Source of the DNA: Octopus sinensis
Lineage: Eukaryota
NCBI RefSeq assembly: GCF_006345805.1
Contig: NC_043019.1
Span: 13,205,360 to 13,269,359 of the forward strand
Direction of reading: 5' to 3'
Length of the DNA: 64,000 nt
Position 1 is the stretch's first letter; the number at the start of each line of letters is the position of its first letter. The translations under genes were made by a program, and so were the position numbers. Shown one piece after another: positions 48,991 through 61,975 of the stretch. The notes beneath the pieces were generated by a model. That model was given only the letters and a program-made list of their open reading frames with translations, was not told the origin of the DNA and searched no databases.

Positions 48991-50205
48991 CAGCTCTTAT
49001 TCCATAAATGGTTTCCTGCAACTCAGAATTATTTCATTGCCATAATAAACCATATTTAAAAACTTTTGCTTTCAAGTTGAATTTTTTTTTATTGCCACTT
49101 GATGTTTTATTGTTAACAGGTTATTTTGGTGGGGTGGAGGTGGGGTGCTGATGGCGGTGGAGGAGCAGAAAATGAAGATATCAGTTTGTTCTTCCCCACC
49201 CCCACCCCCACTCGAACTGGCAGAAACGTTGGCACCCTGGGCAAAATGCTTAGTTGCATTTCGTCTGTCTTCACATTATGTGTTCAAATTCAACAAAGGT
49301 GCAAGAGTGGCTGTGTGTTAAGTAGCTTGCTTACCAACCACATGGTCCTGGGTTCAGTCCCACTGCGTGGAACCTTGAGCAGGTGGATTTGGTAGACGGA
49401 AACTGGAAGAAGCCCGTTGTATATGTTTGTGTGTCTGTGTTTGTTCCCCCAACATTGCTTGACAACCAATGCTGGTGTGTTTATGTCCCTGTAACTTAGC
49501 AGTTTGGCAAAAGTGACCAATAAAATAAGTACTAGGCTTACAAAGTATAAGCTCTGGGGTTGATTTGTTCGATTAAGGGCTGACACAAGTAAAAGAATAA
49601 AGGTCGATTTTGTTCTTCATCAACTTACTCCCTCCCCTGAAATTAATGGCCCTGTGCCAAAATTTGAAACGGATACTTAAAGTGGTGAGCTGGCAGAGTT
49701 GTTAGTGTATTGGGCGACAGGTTTAGCAGCTTTTCATCAAAGTCTGCTTATGGCTGACATCATATTGATAATGTTCTCTTTTAACATTCGCATTTGGTAA
49801 GGCAACGAGCTGGCAGAATCCCTCACAAACTGGGTGAAATGCTTAGTGACATTTGATCTATCTTCATGTTTGCCATCGCCATCGCTTAATCTCCACCTTC
49901 CATGCTGGCATGGGTTACACTGTTTGATAGTGAGCTGGCTAGAAGGGAGCTGTCCAGATTCCAACTGTCTTTTGGGGCATGGTTTCTACAGCTGGATACC
50001 CTTCCAAATGCTCACCTCTTCACAGAGTGGGCGGGGACTAGTCGATTACATCAACCCCAGTGTTTCACTGGTACTTAATCTGTCAACCTCAAAAGGATGA
50101 AAGGCAAAGTCGACCTCGGTGGAATTTGAACTCAGAACGTAGTGAAGGGTGAAATATCACTAAGCATTTCGTCCAGAGTGCTAACGATTCTGCCAGCTTG
50201 CCACC

Positions 50206-50237
<32 letters not shown>

Positions 50238-50350
50238 CATTAATAATAATAAGAATAACACCAAGACAAACTTCCAACTTGTTGTCTCTTGAGGTCTCTG
50301 GGTGAGACTTGGACCCAGCTTGTGCAAATGTAAAGCAAAAGTCAAACATA

Positions 50351-50396
<46 letters not shown>

Positions 50397-50454
50397 TTTG
50401 GTGGATCAATTGAGTAATCATGGTAAAAATGCAGTTGGTTAGTCTCTTTCTGTT

Positions 50455-50498
<44 letters not shown>

Positions 50499-51483
50499 AA
50501 TGCAATGGGAACAGTCGCATTGGAAGAAACAAATATTCTGTGTGTGTGTGTGTGTATGTGTGCAAAGAAAGAGAGAGATTTTGTAATACGTAGTTAGTGC
50601 AATATGCAAAATGCAAGAGATATTTTAGTAGCCATTCTCAAATATCACACTTAAGAACCATTTAGAAATAAGAACCAAACCCAAAAAATGCAACTCAATG
50701 CCAAATGTTCCAAACAATGCAAAGCAAAAAAAAAAAAATTTACTATTCACATCAGGAAAAAAATAAACGACTTCTAAAATACTATTAACAACAACAACAA
50801 TAATAATAGTAATAATAATATTAATAATAATAATAATAATAACGTTAATAAACTGTAAAATTAACGTAGGCATATTTCGAATTTCTGCTGAAGCAATACA
50901 ATCTATTCTCAATAACAGGAACTATGGAAAGAATTGCACCAACAATGATCCAAGGAGGAAATTTCTAAATGGCTTGACCTGGTTGAAACAATAATTGCTA
51001 AATCCACCTCGAGTTACACCCCACCATTGTTAATCCCTTTTGTTATGGTATTCATGGTGAAATGTCGTTTGGAGCTTAAATTAACACGAGATTTTTATGG
51101 AGGGTTTTGCTGTAGATCACTTTAACCATTTATCATTGGAACCGACCATATCTGGCTAAAATATTTTACCTGTTTGATGTGTAAGTCAGCTAGATCCAGC
51201 CTCTCACACCTACTCTATAATGCTCTAAAACTAAACAGTCACATCATCGAAATCTCTAAACTACAAGATAATGCACGATTAATACACAACTATAAATGAA
51301 CAAGCATTTTGTTTGACAGAATGGTCTGAGTACTAAATGGTTAAAACAGGAATTTTGTCTCACAGAACCAAGGCTGGTCTTACACGAGTTTACAGAGAAT
51401 ATACATTAATAGAACCAGATAATATTTAACCATTTTCTTTCCACATTTCTATTTATTTCGATTAATTTGGTAATAGTGAAGAA

Positions 51484-51838
51484 GGTGTAGGAGTGGCTGT
51501 GTGGTAAGTAGCTTGCTTACGAACCGCATGGTTCCAAGTTCAGTCCCACTGCATGGCACCTTGGGCAAGTGTCTCCTACTATAGCCTCAGGCCTACCAAA
51601 GCCTTGTGAGTAGATTTGGTAGACGGAATCTGAAAGAAGCCCATCGTATATATGTATATATGTGTGTGTGTGTGTGTGTATGTTTGTGTGTCTGTGTTTG
51701 TGCCTCCAACATCGCTTGACAACCGATGGTGGTGTGTTTACGTCCCCGTAACTTAGCAAAAGAGACCGATAGAATAAGTACTGGGCTTACAGAGAATAAG
51801 CCCTGGGGTTGATTTGCTCAACTAAAGTCGGTGCTCCA
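51484..51838 (+). mobile_element. SINE S1, 3'-truncated
   Basis: Complete head and body, ends at ggtgctcca. Confidence 0.8.
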
Positions 51839-52110
51839 TCTATCATGAAGGTTTCCACAGAACTTCAGCTACCAGTACCTCCTTGTTATGCTAGCAGTGA
51901 CCAATAAACCTCAGCCTCTGCTTTCATATTATCTTTATGATATTTTTTTTTTTTTTATATGATTTCATCCCAAACAAGGTTTGAGGTTATTGTAGCCGTG
52001 TCTCTTCAGCTGATTACAAGATGTATCTCGTTAAAAATAACAACTGTTCCGCAAGATATATCTTCTCGGTTTGTGTATCGAAGAGCAGCAAATTAAAGGA
52101 CACAGCTACA

Positions 52111-52147
<37 letters not shown>

Positions 52148-52369
52148 ATCAATAATAAATAACAGATGCAAACAATAACAAATACATCTGAAAGTCTTGA
52201 ATACTTAAAAGAAAAAAAGGAATCTGGTTCGTGTTAGGGCAAGAATTACTTTGATTGTAGGTCTACCTGACCAAGGTAATTTGGGACCAAACAGCAACAA
52301 CAACAACAAATACTACTACTACTAATAATAATAATAATACCACTACTACTACTACTAATAATAATAATA

Positions 52370-52400
<31 letters not shown>

Positions 52401-52416
52401 TACCACTACTACTACT

Positions 52417-52761
52417 AAAGGGGTAAAGACCCCCTTCGGTCATGAGTGACCATGGGTTTGCACCTAGAGAGTTACCCTCTGAGGCACAAGTCTGGGCAAG
52501 GTTGTTTTATGGAAGACCAGTAGTCGCCCATGCATACCGGCCTCCCCTCTCCACGCCACCAGTGTTATCCAAGGGAAAGACAAAGGTCGATACAGCTTGG
52601 CACCTGTGACGTCGCAACTCATTTCTACAGCTGAGTGAACTGGAGCAACGTGAAATAAAGTGCCTTGCTCAAGAACACAACACGCAGCCCGGTCCGGGAT
52701 TCGAGCTCACAACCTCACGATCGTAAGCTCGACGCTCTAACCACTGAGCCATGCGCCTTCA
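52417..52761 (-). mobile_element. SINE S3, full length
   Basis: Minus head tgaaggcgcatggctcagtggttagagcgtcgagcttacgatcgtgagg..gagctcgaatccc; tail gggggtctttacccc followed by simple repeat. Confidence 0.85.
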
Positions 52762-53869
52762 CTACTACTACTACTACTACTAATAATAATAATAATATTA
52801 ATAATAATACTAATAATAATGATAATAATAATAATAATAATATTAAAAAAAAATATTCAGACAAATACATAACAAAAACACCAGGACTTACAAACACATA
52901 ACATACAGAGAATTGCACTATTAGGCACTGCACACATCCTACACAGAACACTTTCCATACAATAACCATCAGAGCATCACAACAAATCACAGCACATACC
53001 TAAGGCACACAGAGCTGCGCTCGGTAGTGAAGTGAAAGCACGCTATAAAAATAAAACTACTGAATAATAATAATAATAATAATAATAAAATGATAAAAAA
53101 AGGTACCGAAACCTATTTGAAAATGATTCCAGGCTTGCCATCCCTACAGGAAGTGCAAAAAATCATATTAACTGGAATGGCTCATGTACTGAGAAGAGCA
53201 CTATCGCTGTGAAAATAACATCCATCATGAATTTATTTATTTATTAATTTTTAAATACATATTTTATCTGTGAATTTGCGTGTATAATCTGGGAATGCAT
53301 ACAATGCCCTTCTCTGCCCCTAGGTGTATGGAAAACACTCGGCGAGAAACGGAAGAAAATTTGAAGAAAGAAGGAAAAAACATAATAATAATAATAATAA
53401 TAATACACCTACAAGTACAGTAACAGTTTGTTGTGTGTGTATCGTGCTGCTTTAACCACTGCAAAATAAACGACATAGATTTTGTGAAAGAACGTCGCCT
53501 TTAGAAATATATTCTTCGCTGAAAGAAACCCGAGACAGCGGATGGGTGGGATGGTGTTGTCGGTCGCTGTAAGGGTGAAGGAAGGTAAATCTCCTCTTCG
53601 GTCCCCTGGTTAGGGTGGGGAAATTTACATTAATTTAAAAACTTTAAACAACAAAAAAAGAAAAGTAATAACTGCTTTCTGATTTATTATTTAACTCACA
53701 TAGCGATATTTGGACGGGGGACGCACAGACGTGTATGGAAAATCAGTTGCATTGACCCAGTTAACGTTGCTGGTTCGCGACATAAACAACAAGGTAACCT
53801 CGACTTGATTTGCTAGAATTAGCAGCCAAATGACCAGGCAGGAGAGCCCTTATGTGCTTGTGCAACATG

Positions 53870-54070
53870 TGGCAAATAGAAATGTGACAAACCCATGAGA
53901 GAGGGTTCTTGTCTGTTCATGGTTGCATGGGCAACTGAAGCAATTAGGGAAAGCACTGCATGCAACTTGGTCATAAGTATTTTGCAAGTGATGGTGAAGC
54001 TCTGTCTGTGAGAGTGTGGTGTTAATAAAAAGGAAGGAAATCCATGTGGTATCTTATGCTTTGTTAAACA
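53870..54070 (-). pseudogene. Possible very old LINE RT remnant
   Basis: FNKA*DTTW..FL resembles D(F)xKAFDxV, followed by a weak LS..F..F segment. Stops present. Confidence 0.35.
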
Positions 54071-54644
54071 CATACTTGTTTCAGCAACTTCCTGCCAGGA
54101 TTACATAATTATTTGTTGAAACATTATATAATCTTGTTAAAACACTTCTTCACTGTTAAGCATAAAAGACCTTTGTGTGTTTGTGTGTATGAATATGTCT
54201 TTCTCTGTATGTGTACAGGTGTTTCTGTTTGTTCATGTGCTTTGCTCTTATATATATATATACATACATACATATATATATATATATATGTATATCATCA
54301 TTGTTTGACATCCATCTTCCATGCAGGCATGAGTTAGTGACAGGAGTTGGCCAGGTAGAAGACTACACCAGGCTACTGTTTCTATTTTGGCAGGGTTCTT
54401 TGCTGTTGGATGCCCTTCCTAACTAACACCAACCACTTGCAGAGTGGACTGAGTGCATTTTATGTGGCACTAGAACACTGGAGGTCAGTTTTGGTAAGGT
54501 TTTTACAGTTGGATGCCCTTCCAAATGCCAACCATTTTACAGAGTCTGCTGAGTGCTTTTTACACGCCACCAGCTCCGGCATGTTCAGCAAGTAATTTAC
54601 AAGACAAGGAATTTTGAGAGGTGGGGTGTATTGGAGGAGGGAAT

Positions 54645-55275
54645 CATCATCATCATCATCATCATCGTTTAACATCCACTTTCCATGCTAGCATGGGTTG
54701 GACAATTTGACTGAGGACTAGCGAACCAGATGGCTGCACCAGGCTCCAATCATGTTCTAGCAGAGTTTCTACAGCTGGATGCCCTTCATAATGCCAACCA
54801 CTCCAAGAGTGTAGTGGGTACTTTAACGTGCCACCGGCACGAGGGCCAGTCAGGCGGTACTGGCAACGGCTGTGAAGGCGCGTGGCTTAGTGGTTAGGGC
54901 ATTCGGCTCATGATCGTAAGGTTGTGAGTTCGATTCCCGGCGGCGCGTTGTGTCCTTGAGCAAGACACTTTATTTCACGTTGCTCCAGTCCACTCAGCTG
55001 GCAAAAATGAGTTGTACTTGTATTTCAAAGGGTCAGCCTTGTCACTCTCTGTGTCACGCTGATTATCCCCGAGAACTACGTTAAGGGTACACGTGTCTGT
55101 GGAATGCTCAGCCATTTGCACGTTAATTTCACGAGCAAGCTGTTCCGTTGATCGTATCAGCTGGGACCCTCGTCGTCGTAACCGGCAGAGTCTTTAGAAT
55201 AGACTGGCAACGGCCACGCTGAAATGGTGTTTTTTTTACGTGCTACCTGCACAGGAGCCAGTCCAGCGGTACTGG
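54645..55275 (-). mobile_element. RTE-LINE 3'UTR copy interrupted by a SINE
   Basis: Same family sequence on both sides of the 54871-55202 insertion. Confidence 0.7.
54871..55202 (+). mobile_element. Full-length tRNA-derived SINE with 12-bp target-site duplication
   Basis: Head tgaaggcgcgtggcttagtggttaggg...gagttcgattccc. ACTGGCAACGGC at 54859-54870 and 55203-55214. Confidence 0.8.
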
Positions 55276-55276
55276 C

Positions 55277-55455
55277 AGGACATCCTTATTGACCTCTACA
55301 GATCTTCCAGGATGAATCTCATTTTCTAGGCTCTAGCTTCTGACTTGCAGATCCCCTTTCACTGCATTAATATTCCTTGCACTTTCCATTGCATTGTTGC
55401 CTTTATTGAACTCATAAAGCAAAATATGCTGAATATGCTCCTTTGTCACTTCCGT
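55277..55455 (-). pseudogene. mariner (Mos1/SETMAR-like) transposase N-terminal fragment
   Basis: EVTKEHIQHILLYEFNKGNNAMESARNINAVKGD..(deletion)..SLENEIHPGRSVEVNKDVL: mariner HTH region with internal deletion and stop. Bounded by LINE-end fragments. Confidence 0.8.
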
Positions 55456-55640
55456 GGCACGTAAAAAGCACCCACTACACTCACGGAGTGGTTGGCGTTA
55501 GGAAGGGCATCCAGCAGTAGAAACATTGCCAGATCAGACTGGAGCCTGGTGCAGCCTTCTGGCTTCACAGACCCCAGTTGAACCATCCAACCCATGCCAG
55601 CATGGAAAGCGGACGCTAAATGATGATGATGACGATGATG
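55455..55640 (+). mobile_element. RTE-LINE 3'UTR copy
   Basis: gtggcacgtaaaaagcaccc...ggacgctaaatgatgatgat. Confidence 0.7.
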
Positions 55641-56055
55641 ATTATAGCTTTGAAAGAATAACTGTTAAAATCGAAGTGCACTCTTGAAAACCTGCACTAA
55701 GAATAAGCACAAGGTAAAATTACTACCTGCTTTTATAGCAAGTTGATGCAGGTAGTTTATCCCATACCTCTCTGACTTTTAGTTGATGCAATTGGAAAAA
55801 CTGCATTATTTATGAGATGACCCAATACATTTATGTGTTTCTCCCTCTCTGCATGAATATTTTATGTGTACATCTTTCCCTTTGTAGTCATACATATGTT
55901 TTTCCATGTGCTTCTTAGTGTGAATATATGTATAAGATTGTGTGCGTGTGTGTTAAGCTGTTGTTTGTTTGCAGTTCACTATGCAACTCAGTCCAGGAAA
56001 TTATTATGCTCTTTGAAGGAAGGACATCCATGCATGGAAAAATATGTGTTCAATG

Positions 56056-56097
<42 letters not shown>

Positions 56098-57595
56098 CTG
56101 ATGATATATACAAAAATGTAGCACTCTGTCGGTTATGACAACAACGGCTCGAGTTGATTCGATCAAAAGGACCACCTGCTCGTAAAATTAACGTGCAAGT
56201 GGCGAGCTGGCAGAAACGTTAGTGCGCTGGGCGAAATGCATAAAAGTTTTTTGTTTGTCTTTATGTTTTTGAGTTCAAATTTCACTGAGGTCGACTTTGA
56301 CGTACAGATTATTTAATAGGCGCACAAGTGGCTGTGTGGTAAGTACCTTGCTTACCAACCACATGGTTCTGGGTTCAGACCCACTGTGTGACACCTTGGG
56401 CAAGTGTCTTCTACTTTTGGGCTCACCAAAGCCTTGTGAATGGATTTGGTAGACGGAAACAGAAAGAAGCCTTTTGTATATATATATATATATGTATGTA
56501 TATGTGTGTGCATGTATAATTGTGTGTTGTGTTTGTCAAGCAATGGTGGGAGGACAAACATAGACACAAAAATTTATACATATAAATACACACTCTAATA
56601 CTGTACAGTGAGAATGAGTGCTCAACAAAGTGTTGGTGAATAAAATATTCTTTATTTGGGGGTTAGCAAAGCAGGCAGTGGTTTCATGCACAGCAATACT
56701 GGTACTTGTCCCCATGGAGGGGAGTACCAACATTTCTATGTAGTACGCTTGAACAATTGTGAAGGCCTCTTCACGTGAAACCATTGGTTGACGAAATGCT
56801 TATTTGTCATCATAGAGGCATCCTGATTTCACGTCTACCAAATGCACTCACGGGGCTTTGGTCGGTCCAAGGCTATAGTAGAAGACACTCGCCCAAGATT
56901 CCACACTGTGCAACCGAACCCGGAACCATGTGGTTGGGAAGCAAGCTTCTTAAAGCCACACAGCCAATCCTGCGCCCATAATATATATATATATAGATAT
57001 ATATATATATATATATATAATGTATTTAAATTCGAATATCGTGAAACTAGCTTATGTATGAAAGAAATGTTTACAGATTTTAGAGCTTAATTTTTATTAT
57101 CATGTCAAACTGCAATTTTTGGATTATTTTCAATAGTTGGATCAGCCATTGCATGTTATCGTGTATGATACATGCACAGAGATTATAATTGGATATAACG
57201 AATGCTCGGAGCAAAACATATTACAAGTATTACATAATATACATCCCTACCTCTCTCTCTCTCCGTGTATGTATGTATGTATGTATGTATGTGTGTCTTT
57301 GTGTGTGTGGGTTTGTGTGTGTGTGTATGCATCTATGTGTATAGCTCTGTGTGCGTGTGTGTATGTGTGCTGCTCGGTTTGTGTACCGATGTACCTGCGT
57401 TTTTCCGCCTCCCCCTCCACTTCCCACTATTTTCATTGGCCTGTGCACTCGAGTTCTCTCTCTGTGTATGTTTGTGTCTACATATGTTTGTGCATGTGTT
57501 TCTCTGTGTGTGTGTGTGTGAGTGTGTGTAACCGTTTCTGTATGTCAAGATGGTTTCTCTATACATGTATATACATGTATGTTTTTTACTGTATG

Positions 57596-57629
<34 letters not shown>

Positions 57630-57814
57630 AATATATATATATACATACATACACACACACATGCATATATGATTATATACACACATATGTACAGTGTGTG
57701 CATATATATATAACATATATATATATATACACATACATATATCTATGGCATACACATATATATATATAGACACACACATAAACACACACATATATTATAT
57801 ATATACATACATAG

Positions 57815-57856
<42 letters not shown>

Positions 57857-58796
57857 CATAGATACATATATATTATATATATATATATATATATACATAC
57901 ATAGATACATATATATATACAAATATATATATATATACACACACACAACACACACACACACCACACACATATATGTATATATACACACACACACACACGT
58001 CATTGTGATTGTATGTTTGCATACTTATGAGATATGTGTGCGTATATGTTCTTTTCACTGTACATGTTACTCCGTGCAGTTTTCTATACATATGTCTATG
58101 CACATGTATGTTTCTTATCTCTATATGTATGTACATGTTTCTCTGTTCCCCACCATCTCTCTCTCTCTCTCTCTCTGCTGTTTATTTATTAATACTTAAA
58201 TATTTAATGGCTTCTTTTTCTCGTCACTCAAACTTTCATTAATTCATAAACCAAAACTCATTCAGTTAAAATACATAAAACACATCTACTCATTTATTCA
58301 CAATAAACTGCAGCTATGTATCAAATATATCACTTTATATATCATTACTGTGTGTGAGAGATTTTGTTTATGGGCCCAGGTTAGAATCCCCTGTTGTCCA
58401 CACATTCAGAAATCTGGATGCCTCTAGAATGCCAACTAACCATTTCGTCAACCAATGGTTTCACGTGAAGAGGCCTTCACAATTGTTCAAGCATACTACA
58501 TAGAAATGTTGGTACTCTCCTCCATGGTGAACTGAACCTAGTTTCCATGATGTATGATTGACTGAAAGTAAAACACTTTACCCCCCACCCTGGATAGGAT
58601 GCCAGTCCATTGCAGGGTTAACTTCCCAACCATTGCTGGAAATTATTTTCAGCCGAATAGACTGGAGTATCATGAAATGAAGTGTTTTGCTGAACACAAT
58701 GCTCCTCTTGATCTGAGATTTGAAACCACAACCGTAGTATCATAAGTGCAAGACCCCAGTTTTTAAGCTACATACTTTCACTAGATATTACAGTAT

Positions 58797-59028
58797 CTAT
58801 TTCTTTACTTCCCACAAGGAGCTAAACACAGAGAGGACAAACAAGGACAGACAAATGGATTAAGTCGAATATATCAACCCCAGTGCGTAACTGGTACTTA
58901 TTTAATCGACCCCGAAAGGATGAAAGGCAAAGTCTACCTCAGTGGAATTTGAACTAAGAACGTAGCGGCAGATGAAATACTGCTATGCATTTCGTCTGGT
59001 GTTCTAACGTTTCTGCCAGCTCGCCACC
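58797..59028 (-). mobile_element. SINE S2
   Basis: Reverse complement of S2. Confidence 0.75.
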
Positions 59029-59041
59029 TAGATATTACAGT

Positions 59042-59500
59042 ATCATCATCATCATCGTCATTTAAAACCTGCTTTCTTTGCTGGTATGGGTTGGATGGTT
59101 TGACATGGAGTAGGCTAGCAGGGAGCTTTCCAGACTCCAGCTGTCTGTTGAGGCATGGTTTTGACTGCTTGATGCCCTTCCTAATGCCAACCACTTAACA
59201 GAGTGTACTGGGTGCTTTTTAAGTGCCACCAGCATGGGTGTCTCAACAAAGCACTGACCCAGTTGCTTTTTAAGTGACACTGGCACCTGAAAGGTCAAGC
59301 CTGTCTGTGCTAAAGACAGCAGTTTCACTTAGCTCGGCTTGTCTTATCAAGAACAGCAAATCCCCACATCTCCCGGTCCCTTATCATTTCCTCAGTGAGG
59401 CCCAGTGTCCGAAGGTCCTTTCTCACTACTTCATTCCATACCTTCCTGGGTCAGCCACTTCCTAGAGCTTGGCACTTCTTTATGCAGCTGTCCTCAATAT
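59042..59500 (-). mobile_element. RTE-clade LINE 3' end (ORF C-terminus + 3'UTR + (GAT)n tail)
   Basis: EDSCIKKCQAL..G*PRKVWNEVVRKDLRTLGLTEEMIRDREMWGFAVLDKT* is a typical RTE ORF terminus (GRPRK.W...V..DL....DR..W). It continues into the GGAAGGGCATC-containing 3' segment and the (GAT)n tail. Confidence 0.8.
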
Positions 59501-59547
59501 TTCTGAATAAGTAGACAGGATGGTCACAGCTTGAATGTCAAACTGAC

Positions 59548-59689
59548 CTGGGACAAAATATAGCAGCAACAACAACAACAACAACAACAACAACAACGAC
59601 AGGATGCACCTCCACCACCTCTTCTCTCTGCTAGAAATAGATAGAAGAAATCCAGGAGTGTTCCGTGATGGGAAGAGCAATGTTGTCAT
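59548..59689 (-). CDS. Candidate first coding exon of an unidentified secreted or membrane protein (signal peptide/signal anchor, phase-1 donor)
   Basis: ATG at 59689-59687 is the first in-frame ATG after an upstream stop. 142 nt = 47 codons + 1: MTTLLFPSRNTPGFLLSISSREKRWWRCILSLLLLLLLLLLLLYFVP-(G..). Basic patch, then hydrophobic core, ending exactly at a consensus donor CCAG|GTCAGT (59547-59542). Caveat: ten Leu codons come from a (TTG)10 microsatellite. No family recognised. Confidence 0.55.
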
Positions 59690-60071
59690 TTGACATTTTT
59701 GACGGTATTTCGACGGTATTTTTCGTCTCTGAAGAACACTGTGACTGGTTTTAGATCTGTGTTTCCAAACAGAGCGAAAATCGTCGTAAGATTTTTGTCA
59801 ATGTTACAACATACGAAAATACTGCTCTGGAAGTGTCAGCTTTCATCCATTTTGTTCGGAATCCATTTGTTTTGTTTTGTTTTGTTTTGTTTTGTTTGTT
59901 TACTTGTTTATAATGTTGTTTGTTCAATCCATAGATAGATGTAAATGTCTTCTCTCTTGCATCTATCATGTGTTTAGCACCGAAATAACCTCGACAGGTT
60001 TTACTAGTCTTCCTCCTATATATTCAATTTACATTTGGAAACCATAGCAAATATAGTCGGTGCCATTAATC
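59690..60071 (-). other. Putative 5'UTR part of the same exon (several uORFs)
   Basis: Acceptor TATTTTTTCAG|G at 60073-60072. A-rich unique sequence with (AAAAC)n. Upstream ATGs give short ORFs (e.g. [37 protein letters not shown]). Confidence 0.45.
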
Positions 60072-60129
60072 CTGAAAAAATAGTTCTTATCTGATTATAT
60101 GTATACTTAGGTATATGTGTGTATGTATG

Positions 60130-60197
<68 letters not shown>

Positions 60198-60256
60198 CAT
60201 ATATTATATATATTATATATATATATATATATAATATATATATATGTATGTATACA

Positions 60257-60293
<37 letters not shown>

Positions 60294-60384
60294 GCATATA
60301 TACATATATGTATATATAGATTTATATATATATGCATATATACATATATATGTATATATATATATTATGTGTGTGTGTGTGTAT

Positions 60385-60430
<46 letters not shown>

Positions 60431-60549
60431 CATGTGTGTGTGTATGTGTATATATGCATGTTTATATTTTTATTGATTACCTATTGAACTAGCTGCAGAA
60501 TGGAAAATTTAATATCATTTAAGACGACCATTTCCCTAGATTTTATTTT

Positions 60550-60602
<53 letters not shown>

Positions 60603-60722
60603 TATTTCTTTTTTTCTTTTTGTGTGTTTCATTTTCATTTCTCCATTTTTATGTTTGCGTTCCCATCACATCTCGTTAGATAGACGATGATACTACCCAT
60701 TTCTGAAATCTTTCCGACTTAC

Positions 60723-61368
60723 TTCCAACCCAATTCTTCTCTCTCTTGTCTTTTGTCGGAGTTAAAATTTTGTGAATTCTGACAAACCTAGAAGAGAAGC
60801 TAAGAAACTTTTTTTTTTATTTCTGTTTTTTTTTTTTTTTTTAATCAGGTTTTGCCTCCAAATTACTGTCACTCCCGTTTGTTCTTGTTGTTGTGGCTAT
60901 AGTTGTTGTTTCGTTATCTAATTAATTTCAGCAATGTTGGAAAGCAAATTTGGAAATATCATGTGATTATTGCATCACAAGTCACAGGAAAACGTTAACC
61001 TTTTCCCTTTCACAATGCGTTCGTCTCCTCCGCTTCCAGATGGAGAAGCCGGTTTTCCAATCCAAGAAAAGGAAAAAAATTTCAGAAACCAAACCAGAAT
61101 TCTCCGAGTTTACATCTTCTTAATCTTATCTTTTCTTGCCATATTCTTCTATCATGATGTCATTCATTTGCAAAACAGACAAGAAATAGGGAATCTGCCA
61201 TCCTCCGAAAATATACTGGAAGAATTAACGAGAAGAGGCGGGGGGGATTCATCAATGCCTTTTTATTGTCAATTTAAGCGCCACAAAAGTTTTATTTCCA
61301 GGATATCAGAAGATGGTTATCTTAAAAACAGTTAACGTTAATTATTTCCGTCTTGATAAGGAAAAACT
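60723..61368 (-). other. Putative non-coding first exon (5' boundary uncertain)
   Basis: Consensus donor GAA|GTAAGT at 60722-60717, 651 nt upstream of the 60072 acceptor. Repeat-free, CpG-containing unique sequence. A weaker internal acceptor (TCTCTTCTAG at 60789-60788) could instead define a 65-nt exon 60787-60723. Confidence 0.35.
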
Positions 61369-61491
61369 GGAGCCCTATAATTTTTGTGTCATTTCTTCGT
61401 TTATAGACCAATTAACTGTTGCGCTAATTAAGCTGATTTATGTGCTGGATGTGACTTGTGTATGATATACATATATATATATATCTGTTTA

Positions 61492-61573
<82 letters not shown>

Positions 61574-61644
61574 CATACATACACATGCATATATATACAC
61601 AGACACATAAACATATATATATATATGTACATATATATACACAT

Positions 61645-61975
61645 GTGAAGGCGCATGGCTCAGTGGTTAGCACATCGAACTTAGGATCGTGAGGTTGTGA
61701 GTTCAAATCCTGGACCGGGCTACATGTTGTGTTCTTGAGCAAGACACTTTATTTCGTGTTGCTCCAGTTCACTCAGCTGTAGAAATGAGTTGCGACGTCA
61801 CAGGTGCCAAGCTGTATCGGCGCCTTTGCCTTTCCCTTGGTGGTGTGGAGAGGGGAGGCTGGTATGCATGGGCGACTGCTGGTCTTCCATAAACAACCTT
61901 GCTTGGACTTGTGCCTGGGAGAGTAACTTTCTAGGTGCAATCCCATGGTCTGTGTCGTGAGCAAAGGGGGTCTCA
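61645..61975 (+). mobile_element. SINE S3, full length
   Basis: gtgaaggcgcatggctcagtggttagc...gagttcaaatcc...caaagggggtctc. Confidence 0.85.

Noticed and set aside
60970-61335. 121-aa + strand ORF with a TM-like stretch (possible type II membrane protein start)
   Set aside because: Annotated start is TTG, there is no convincing donor, and it lies antisense to the better-supported minus-strand leader. Not excluded without RNA data.
61365-61412. TATAAA (61405-61400) and Inr-like CCAGTT (61370-61365) on the minus strand as core promoter
   Set aside because: Spacing (~37 nt) is off-consensus and such motifs are common in AT-rich DNA; used only as a tentative boundary.
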